Source: a virus (taxonomy: Duplodnaviria > Heunggongvirae > Uroviricota > Caudoviricetes). From it: a stretch of DNA of 23,279 nucleotides. Position numbers and translations under genes: made by a program. A model generated the notes under the pieces. The model had not been told where the DNA came from and did no database searches. It saw only the letters and a program-made list of their open reading frames with translations. The stretch is taken from the IMG/VR virus record IMGVR_UViG_3300029816_000015, positions 1 to 23,279 of that record; one strand, given 5' to 3'. Below, in pieces: positions 18,278 through 23,279 of the stretch (position 1 is its first letter; each line of letters opens with the position of its first letter).

Positions 18278-18314
18278 CTCGTAAGAACCCTTTAAGGGAG
18301 GGGCTAAATAGCCC
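18278..18314 (-). promoter_or_regulatory. Conserved spacer motif (minus sense CTTAAAGGGTTCTTACGAG) next to small hairpin GGGCTA-AA-TAGCCC
   Basis: Near-identical to the motif at 15174-15195 (minus sense CTTCTAAGGGTTCTTACGAGAG); weaker copies at 16770-16790 and 17428-17450. Function unknown. Confidence 0.3.
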
Positions 18315-18326
18315 TCTCAAAATTGG

Positions 18327-18400
18327 CGGTTACGATGAGACTTGAACTCACATCATCTCCCGTGACAGGGGAGTATTTTATCCAGTTAAACTACATAACC
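18327..18400 (-). tRNA. tRNA-Asp (anticodon GTC)
   Basis: Acceptor GGTTATG/CGTAACC, T arm GTGAG-TTCAAGT-CTCAT, perfect anticodon stem CTCCC/GGGAG with loop CTGTCAC, CCA encoded. Confidence 0.65.
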
Positions 18401-18409
18401 TTTATTTGG

Positions 18410-18494
18410 TGTGCCGTGTAGGAGTCGAACCTACCGAGTCTCAATGACAAGGGATTTACAGTCCCCACCGCTACCATCTACGGGATAACGACAC
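18410..18494 (-). tRNA. tRNA-Tyr (anticodon GTA), long variable arm
   Basis: 85 nt; acceptor GTGTCGT/ACGGCAC, D stem CCG/CGG, anticodon stem GGGGA/TCCCT with loop CTGTAAA, long variable arm, T arm GTAGG-TTCGACT-CCTAC, CCA encoded. Confidence 0.65.
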
Positions 18495-18506
18495 ATTTAA
18501 ATTTGG

Positions 18507-18580
18507 CGGTTAGTCAGGGATTCGAACCCTGTGCCATTCGCTTAACAGGCGACCGCACATACCTTATGTGCTTCCTAACC
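18507..18580 (-). tRNA. tRNA-Asn (anticodon GTT)
   Basis: D stem GCAC/GTGC perfect, anticodon stem GTCGC/GCGAA with loop CTGTTAA, T arm CAGGG-TTCGAAT-CCCTG, CCA encoded. Confidence 0.65.
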
Positions 18581-18590
18581 TTAATATATT

Positions 18591-18655
18591 GCCAGACCGT
18601 GTTTTTTTTTCTTTTATCCGCAAAAAGTAGTTTATTGCTGCATACGGTCTTCTGC
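18591..18655 (-). ncRNA. Bulged-helix hairpin element (third copy)
   Basis: Arms GCCAGACCGT (18591-18600) and ACGGTCTTCTGC (18644-18655); 7-bp helix plus 3-nt bulge plus G-C pairs; 43-nt loop with a poly-T run on plus. Confidence 0.3.
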
Positions 18656-18663
18656 AAAATTGG

Positions 18664-18737
18664 AGGCGGGTGCAGGAGTCGAACCTGCCGATGCCATGCT
18701 AATGAGACATGTGAGACGCCCTTTCTCTATACCCGCA
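18664..18737 (-). tRNA. tRNA with anticodon CAT (second copy; Met, fMet or Ile2-type)
   Basis: Acceptor TGCGGGT/ACCCGCC with 1:72 mismatch, T arm GCAGG-TTCGACT-CCTGC, anticodon stem CATGT/GCATG with loop CTCATTA (U at position 37), CCA encoded. Confidence 0.5.
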
Positions 18738-18748
18738 ATTCTTAATGA

Positions 18749-18821
18749 CCAGACCAAATCTCTTCTTTGTCCGATTTAGCTTCAGATGAATAAGATTAAG
18801 TTTGCTGTAATTGGTCTTCTG
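18749..18821 (-). ncRNA. Bulged-helix hairpin element (fourth copy)
   Basis: Arms CCAGACCAAA (18749-18758) and TTGGTCTTCTG (18811-18821) enclosing an AT-rich 50-nt loop. Confidence 0.3.
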
Positions 18822-18831
18822 TCAAAACTGG

Positions 18832-18906
18832 CGTTCCAGAAGGGATTTTAACCCTCAAATATCCACTTTGAAAGAGTGGTGACTATACCATTTTGTCTAC
18901 TGGAAC
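18832..18906 (-). tRNA. tRNA-Glu (anticodon TTC)
   Basis: Acceptor GTTCCAG/CTGGAAC perfect, D stem GAC/GTC, perfect anticodon stem CCACT/AGTGG with loop CTTTCAA, unusual T loop TTAAAAT, CCA encoded. Confidence 0.6.
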
Positions 18907-18916
18907 ATTAATTTGG

Positions 18917-18990
18917 TCTCTGTTGGAGGACTTGAACCTCCGGCCTTACCGCCCCAAACGGAACACTCTACCAAGCTGAGCTAAACAGAG
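18917..18990 (-). tRNA. tRNA-Pro (anticodon TGG); first gene of the array in transcription order
   Basis: Acceptor CTCTGTT/AACAGAG perfect, T arm GGAGG-TTCAAGT-CCTCC, anticodon loop TTTGGGG, CCA encoded. Confidence 0.65.
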
Positions 18991-19016
18991 ATAAACTTTT
19001 CAAACTCTATGTAACC

Positions 19017-19046
19017 ACTTTAACATTATTTTTTAGTGATTGTCAA
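19017..19046 (-). promoter_or_regulatory. Sigma70-like promoter for the tRNA array (minus sense TTGACA-N18-TAAAGT)
   Basis: -35 TTGACA at 19046..19041, -10 TAAAGT at 19022..19017; predicted start about 10-20 nt upstream of tRNA-Pro. Confidence 0.45.
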
Positions 19047-19108
19047 GAACTTTTTTAAAATATTTTTCAGTATCTTAGAAAAGCTCTCATTTCGTTTCTA
19101 TGTAGAAC

Positions 19109-19137
19109 ATATTAAAGGGTATCAAACACATTGTCAA
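19109..19137 (-). promoter_or_regulatory. Second sigma70-like promoter (minus sense TTGACA-N17-TAATAT) overlapping a hairpin
   Basis: -35 TTGACA at 19137..19132, -10 TAATAT at 19114..19109, 17-bp spacer; the -35 lies in the loop of hairpin GGGTAT...ATACCC (19117-19142). Confidence 0.45.
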
Positions 19138-19147
19138 TACCCTTTTT
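19115..19147. terminator. Hairpin GGGTAT-N14-ATACCC flanked by T/A runs (candidate terminator for the upstream minus-strand operon)
   Basis: 6-bp stem; on plus followed by TTTTT, in minus sense by UUUAAU; sits 10 nt downstream of the stop of the vWA gene. Confidence 0.35.
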
Positions 19148-19155
19148 AAAACTTT

Positions 19156-19521
19156 TTACCAGATATAACGGTCAACCATTACTGCTTTGAGCATTACGCT
19201 GATTGGGTCAAACTTCTCACCACCAAGCAGAGCTTTTAAAGTGGCTGGAGAGAACCCTGATACCATCGCTACACCATTATCCTTAACAGATACTTCGCAA
19301 GTACCATTACGGTTTGCTAAGTACCAGAATACTAGTTGTGGCATTTCGTATCCAGCTTTTTTGTACTTACTCTGAATTGCTTCAAAGTTTGTACGACCAT
19401 TTGCACCATCAACCTGATTAAACTCCATATCAGAGAAGATAATAAGCTTACTTGGCATATCTTTCTGAGTCAAGTTGTTTCTCTTACCTATCTCAAGAAT
19501 ACGGTCAAAGCTGCTTGTAAG
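19156..19521 (-). CDS. C-terminal part of Ro60/Rsr-like (or DUF2828-like) vWA-domain protein, out of frame with N-terminal part
   Basis: Frame open from just after a TAA at 19522-19524; encodes LTSSFDRILEIGKRNNLTQKDMPSKLIIFSDMEFN... (second half of a vWA fold). ORF track entry 19156..19473 begins at an internal TTG. Confidence 0.55.
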   Translation of the reverse strand, partial: LTSSFDRILEIGKRNNLTQKDMPSKLIIFSDMEFNQVDGANGRTNFEAIQSKYKKAGYEMPQLVFWYLANRNGTCEVSVKDNGVAMVSGFSPATLKALLGGEKFDPISVMLKAVMVDRYIW

Positions 19522-20570
19522 TTAGTTGAACCATATTCAACATGACGCATTACCTGACGATGACGGTTTCGTAAATCACCACTCAGTTCAATGAAATGAG
19601 GGTTTGTTGAATAGACCATTAACTCATCTTTAAAGCAACCTGTATTGCGTTCTGCTACATACAAGGCAAGTGATACACCAATATCAAGGGCAGTGATTGA
19701 ACCAAGATTCACCCAAGACATTGAGCTTGAAACATCAGTCATACACAAGATGTTCTCACCTTCTGCCATCCAGTTTGGTAGTGCTTTCCACTGCTCATTA
19801 GCAACATCTGCATTACCATGCTTGATAGACTTAATCACATCGTATGGGTAGACAGCACCAGCATTAATCTTAGCCTCACCTTTTGATAAGGACTCAATGT
19901 AAGCTTTGTAGCGTTCTCCATCTTTGCGGTTAAAGAGCTTTTGGTAACGTGCAGCAGCAAGAGACGGAATCTTACTGTAATCAATCTTACCAAACTCATT
20001 AGCAGAGATTTTTTGCTCAACCGTATCAGACAGTGCAGATAACAGTGTGCGGTATTCTTTCTCGCTTAAGTTTGCAAACTTACAGAAACGTTTTACAAAC
20101 TGTTTGTGTCGTGGTTTTACTCGTGGTAACCACTTGGCTGCTAAACCTGCTGTCTCAGGGTCTAGTAATGCTGCTTCTAAATGCTTAAAGGCATCTGTCT
20201 CAAAACGAGTACCTACGAAGATTTTGAAGTCATCAAAACGACCAAGTTCTGCAATCTTATCCATAATACGAAGAAACTGTGTAGGCTCTAAAACTTTATC
20301 TTCGATTGCTTGAAGTAAAACAGTTCTGAAGGCTTTACGCTCACCCATACCTTCTCGTACATCTCGCATGTGAAGCAAAATACGAACTGCAACATCAACA
20401 TCCTCACGCAAAGCTTTGTAGAACAAGTCTGGTAAGATTTCTACATTGCTACGGCTTGAACCAGCAGCTTTGTAAAAGTCCACAAGAGCAGACATTGATG
20501 AAGTATGGTTTACAGCACCATTTTCAGTTCGACCTGCATGAAGGTGCGCATGTTTAAATAATTCGCTCAT
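19488..20570 (-). CDS. N-terminal part of Ro60/Rsr-like (or DUF2828-like) protein: helical domain plus start of vWA domain
   Basis: 360 aa; RBS AAGAGAG upstream of ATG; helical N-terminal about 280 aa, then DxSxS motif (CMTDVSSSMSW) typical of a vWA MIDAS; ends at TAG 19488-19490 inside the vWA domain. Confidence 0.6.
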   Translation of the reverse strand: MSELFKHAHLHAGRTENGAVNHTSSMSALVDFYKAAGSSRSNVEILPDLFYKALREDVDVAVRILLHMRDVREGMGERKAFRTVLLQAIEDKVLEPTQFLRIMDKIAELGRFDDFKIFVGTRFETDAFKHLEAALLDPETAGLAAKWLPRVKPRHKQFVKRFCKFANLSEKEYRTLLSALSDTVEQKISANEFGKIDYSKIPSLAAARYQKLFNRKDGERYKAYIESLSKGEAKINAGAVYPYDVIKSIKHGNADVANEQWKALPNWMAEGENILCMTDVSSSMSWVNLGSITALDIGVSLALYVAERNTGCFKDELMVYSTNPHFIELSGDLRNRHRQVMRHVEYGSTNLQAALTVFLR

Positions 20571-20651
20571 ATTTTACTCTCTTCTCTCATTTGTTGTTTG
20601 ATGTGACAGACTTTAGAGCAACTTTGTAGAGTCTGTCAACACCTTTTAAAA

Positions 20652-21023
20652 TTATTTTTTGAGAGTCGCTACAGCAGAGAACGTTGGTTTGTTATCTGTC
20701 TGTGGTTGACCACCATTATCAGGAGTCTTCTTAGTGTCTGCTGCAAGTGCTTTCATCTCACCTGCTGAGTGAGTAAAGATAGTTTTACCGACCTCAATCA
20801 TACTCTTGATGGTTACATCGTCTGTGTTTAACCCGAACTCTGCAAGCTTAGCAGCATCCCTTGTAACAATCGCCTCAAACAGCTTTGCAGCAAACTCAGC
20901 AGAATTATCAATGGTCAGTTGAGCTTTTACGAGTGAGCTTTTGTTACGAGAGCCTTTTGGTCTTCCAGATGGGTTTCCAGATTGGCCTTTTTTAAACTGG
21001 CCTTTGTTTGTTCTGTTTTTCAT
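20652..21023 (-). CDS. Small basic protein with N-terminal GNPSGRPKG motif (putative nucleic-acid-binding)
   Basis: 123 aa ORF, RBS AAGAGG 8 nt upstream; N-terminus KGQFKKGQSGNPSGRPKGSRNK; first gene of the minus-strand operon containing the Ro-like gene. Confidence 0.55.
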   Translation of the reverse strand: MKNRTNKGQFKKGQSGNPSGRPKGSRNKSSLVKAQLTIDNSAEFAAKLFEAIVTRDAAKLAEFGLNTDDVTIKSMIEVGKTIFTHSAGEMKALAADTKKTPDNGGQPQTDNKPTFSAVATLKK

Positions 21024-21070
21024 TGGTATGCCTCTTATAAGACCTCTTAAAAGGCTTTTAAGATAAAAGA

Positions 21071-21090
21071 TAGATATCCAGAAAGATATC
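21071..21090. promoter_or_regulatory. Operator-like inverted repeat AGATATC-N6-GATATCT in divergent intergenic region
   Basis: Perfect 7-bp arms separated by CAGAAA, between the divergently transcribed minus (20652..21023) and plus (21273..) operons. Confidence 0.4.
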
Positions 21091-21151
21091 TGTTTAAATA
21101 GCCTTTTTAGAGGAACCTTTTAAGTTATCTTCTAAGTATTTATAAGCCTAC

Positions 21152-21210
21152 ACCTTGTCAAGTACTTTGTCAACAACTTTTTTAACTTGCAATAGTTCTT
21201 GACTTGTTGT
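21152..21210. promoter_or_regulatory. Cluster of TTGTCAA/TTGAC repeats (candidate operator/promoter elements)
   Basis: CTTGTCAAG palindrome (21152-21160), TTTGTCAACAAC (21165-21176) and inverted CTTGACTTGTTG (21198-21209). Confidence 0.35.
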
Positions 21211-21227
21211 ATGGATTACTGTACCAT
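21199..21227 (+). promoter_or_regulatory. Candidate sigma70-like promoter for the plus-strand operon (TTGACT-N17-TACCAT)
   Basis: -35 TTGACT 21199-21204, -10 TACCAT 21222-21227, about 45 nt upstream of the first plus-strand ATG; -10 is weak. Confidence 0.35.
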
Positions 21228-21272
21228 CTTACTTAAAGCTGTAGGTCTGCCTTGTTCTACAAAGGAGACTTA

Positions 21273-21434
21273 ATGAGAAAATCAAACAACCCGAAGAAAG
21301 GTAAAAATACCAATCACTGTAAGGAATCAAAAAGGGTAGAGTTACTCTACTATTCATCCTCTGAAATTGGTCTGTACCTGTTCTTTCAAAATTACAGAAG
21401 ACAAGAGGATTATCTATGTGTAGTTCCCAATTAG
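21273..21434 (+). CDS. Small basic hypothetical protein
   Basis: 53 aa from ATG 21273 with strong RBS AAAGGAGA 5 nt upstream (ORF track starts at an upstream TTG, 21252). Confidence 0.45.
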   Translation: MRKSNNPKKGKNTNHCKESKRVELLYYSSSEIGLYLFFQNYRRQEDYLCVVPN

Positions 21435-21661
21435 AAATCGCAGATATTATAGATTTATATAAGACTGCAAAGAGTCATGGCTATATAACCTCAATTGGAA
21501 AGAATAGTCACTACGATGCTTTGACTGGAATGTATTTCAGGGCAATGGCTCAATCTAGTGAACAACACTTAATGGTTTCTTCCAGTGAGTTTACTTCGTT
21601 TCTCTATTGCAGCAAAATCATAAATCGCAGGAGAACTGAAAATGTTAACAGTAAGTTTTAA
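21416..21661 (+). CDS. Small hypothetical protein
   Basis: 81 aa ORF with RBS AGAGGA upstream; overlaps both neighbours by about 20 nt. Confidence 0.4.
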   Translation: MCSSQLEIADIIDLYKTAKSHGYITSIGKNSHYDALTGMYFRAMAQSSEQHLMVSSSEFTSFLYCSKIINRRRTENVNSKF

Positions 21662-22232
21662 TTATAATAGTGATGGCTCTGTATCAATTAATTCACCATA
21701 TGCAAATGACCTATTGAAAGCGCTAGTTAATCAGTGTGATAGAGGTCTTCACTATGTCCCAAATTCTTTCAAGCAGAAGACTATTGCCAATAACCTGATG
21801 CGTGTGACGGTTACGACATCAAACCCAAACTATGACATTGATAGTGAAAGTCCTTACTCTTTAGTGGCTCTTGGAGAATGCAGTCAATTTAAACTTGTAT
21901 GCCACGACTCAGAAACATTTCTTAAGGTATTTTCCAACCTTATTCACAATAACAAGTATGGATATGTTGATGGTAGTGTTAACTTCTATCCAGCAAACTA
22001 TACCTGTCTATTGATTGATAATATGAGAAACAGCAAGCAAGAGCCTACAGAAATTTCATTTGATGTGAACTCTAGTCCAGACGCAGAAACAAGTAATAAC
22101 TTCGATATGAGTTACGCGCTATCACTCAGCAAGAAATCCGAGTTCATTGATTATGTCAATGGATTTGGTTTTAAGTTTGACGAGAGCATGAATCTCAAAA
22201 AACTTAAGAACCTACTTAAGACCAAAGCTTAA
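21642..22232 (+). CDS. Hypothetical protein
   Basis: 196 aa ORF with RBS AGGAGA 8 nt upstream of ATG; followed by a terminator hairpin; no motif recognised. Confidence 0.6.
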   Translation: MLTVSFNYNSDGSVSINSPYANDLLKALVNQCDRGLHYVPNSFKQKTIANNLMRVTVTTSNPNYDIDSESPYSLVALGECSQFKLVCHDSETFLKVFSNLIHNNKYGYVDGSVNFYPANYTCLLIDNMRNSKQEPTEISFDVNSSPDAETSNNFDMSYALSLSKKSEFIDYVNGFGFKFDESMNLKKLKNLLKTKA

Positions 22233-22240
22233 GTATAAAC

Positions 22241-22262
22241 AGGGGCTGATGCCCCTTTATCT
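22241..22262 (+). terminator. Rho-independent terminator (AGGGGC-TGAT-GCCCCT followed by T-rich tail)
   Basis: 6-bp GC-rich stem with 4-nt loop then TTTATCTGTTT, immediately after the stop at 22230-22232. Confidence 0.6.
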
Positions 22263-22279
22263 GTTTATAAGGATATTTA

Positions 22280-22651
22280 ATGAAGGCTAAGAGTGCAAAA
22301 GACTTTTATTGCTTCCTACAATCCTATATCCACTCCGTGGAGAATGGTGAAAGATACAATCTTAACGATGTTATTGCATCACCTTTAACATGGAGAATGA
22401 GTAAATGGCCTGAAGAGGATATTACACCAACTGCCGAACAACCCACCTATAACCCAGAAATTAAACTCCCAGATTCAGATAAGTTACTATACCCAATGTT
22501 CCACATTGTCGGGCTTGGTACGTTTATCATGGATATCCAGTATGTAATTGGTAAGGGTTATAAAGTTGAAGGTATTGTTGTTAGTGATGTGTCTCCACAA
22601 CATAAAGGCTATTTTAGATTAAACGCACGTTTAGAGGCTAAAAAGAAATGA
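22280..22651 (+). CDS. Hypothetical protein; paralog of the N-terminal domain of the next gene
   Basis: 123 aa, RBS AAGGA upstream; shares spaced identities with the next ORF (KAK..DF...NG.RY, SxWPEEDI/SYWPEADI, D.LLY, F.MD.QY.I). Confidence 0.6.
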   Translation: MKAKSAKDFYCFLQSYIHSVENGERYNLNDVIASPLTWRMSKWPEEDITPTAEQPTYNPEIKLPDSDKLLYPMFHIVGLGTFIMDIQYVIGKGYKVEGIVVSDVSPQHKGYFRLNARLEAKKK

Positions 22652-23279
22652 TTAAAGCAAAGACTTACCCAGACTTCAAAGAATTTGTAAGGGGTTTCAT
22701 TGCAAATGTAAAGGCTGGTAAGAGATATGATTTTAGAACATATCAAGAAGCTATTTTACCACTTACCTATAGTTCATATTGGCCTGAAGCTGATATCGCA
22801 GAAGTTGAGAAGTTTGACTACAAACCAGACTACAAAGTACCTTTTAGTGATGATTTGCTTTACAGCATCGGTGCTCAAAGGAGAACTTCTGACTTCTTCA
22901 TGGATTTACAATATGCAATTATCAATGGTAAAGACGTTGATACAGTGTATTGTGAATGGTTGGCAAGAGTTAAGCCGTTCTCAATGTTGAATGCTAAGTT
23001 GAAGGATGCCATTAAGCCACCAGTAATTACTCAGCAACCGACAAACCAAACAGTCAATGAAGGTGGAGCACTTACCCTAAGTGTTCTCGCAACTAATGCC
23101 ACTGGGTATCAATGGAAGAAGGATGGCGAGAATATCTCCAGTGCCACATCTGCAACCTATACAAAACAATCTGTAGTACCTTCTGACGCTGGTTCATACA
23201 CTTGTGTTGTGACTGGTGCTGGTGGTTCTGTTACTTCTAACCCTGCAACTATCACGGTAAAGGCTTTGCCAGTTATCAC
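22648..23279 (+). CDS. Hypothetical protein with C-terminal Ig-like domain (partial, continues beyond window)
   Basis: ATG at 22648 overlaps the previous stop (ATGA); frame open to the window end (at least 210 codons); N-terminal about 125 aa paralogous to the previous gene; then PVITQQPTNQTVNEGGALTLSVLATNATGYQWKKDGENISSATSATYTKQSVVPSDAGSYTCVVTGAGGSVTSNPATITV. Absent from the ORF track because it has no stop. Confidence 0.6.
   Translation, partial: MIKAKTYPDFKEFVRGFIANVKAGKRYDFRTYQEAILPLTYSSYWPEADIAEVEKFDYKPDYKVPFSDDLLYSIGAQRRTSDFFMDLQYAIINGKDVDTVYCEWLARVKPFSMLNAKLKDAIKPPVITQQPTNQTVNEGGALTLSVLATNATGYQWKKDGENISSATSATYTKQSVVPSDAGSYTCVVTGAGGSVTSNPATITVKALPVI

Noticed and set aside
17558-18745. 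Plus-strand ORFs 17558..17812, 17948..18205 and 18503..18745 (also 13966..14193, 14161..14436, 16780..16989)
   Set aside because: They overlap tRNA genes or structured spacers on the opposite strand, have no RBS and low-complexity products; artefacts of AT-rich stop-poor sequence.
18812-18835. TTGACA at 18820-18825 (minus sense) as a promoter
   Set aside because: It lies inside a hairpin arm and has no acceptable -10 hexamer at 16-18 bp spacing.
14085-18990. CRISPR array
   Set aside because: Repeats in this region are tRNA genes and hairpin arms with variable spacing and no regular direct-repeat/spacer periodicity.
19491-19521. Programmed -1 ribosomal frameshift in the Ro-like gene
   Set aside because: No X XXY YYZ slippery heptamer in the overlap window; a 1-nt indel is the simpler explanation, though it is not excluded.

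Overview
This window reads as a tailed-phage genome segment, low GC, with almost all genes on the minus strand. From high to low coordinate it carries a morphogenesis module in the order large terminase, portal, S49-type prohead protease/scaffold, decoration protein, major capsid protein, four small connector/neck-type proteins, tail sheath, tail tube, a G/GT-type tail assembly chaperone pair with a -1 slippery heptamer, and tape measure protein (12036..13637 down to 141..2384). Between about 14.08 and 19.0 kb lies a minus-strand array of 27 tRNA genes that I folded by hand (no tRNAscan available), interrupted by two protein genes and by several structured non-tRNA spacers. The most interesting part is at 18.0-20.6 kb: a gene with Ro60/Rsr-like architecture (N-terminal helical domain plus vWA domain with a DxSxS motif, split by a frameshift) sits directly upstream of the tRNA array, and the array contains four hairpin elements with the same bulged closing helix. 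One of these encloses a permuted tRNA-like module (T arm, acceptor-like hairpin, D arm), which is the layout of bacterial/phage Y RNAs of the YrlA type. My interpretation is a phage-encoded Ro60-like protein with Y-RNA-like partners; this is inference from sequence and needs homology and structure checks. Other points: all three Leu-anticodon tRNAs appear to have short variable arms, there are recurrent spacer motifs and sigma70-like promoters, and a divergent plus-strand module (21.2-23.3 kb) ends in tandem paralogs, the second fused to an Ig-like domain. All protein calls rest on ORF structure, RBS, motifs I could read and gene order, not on database searches.
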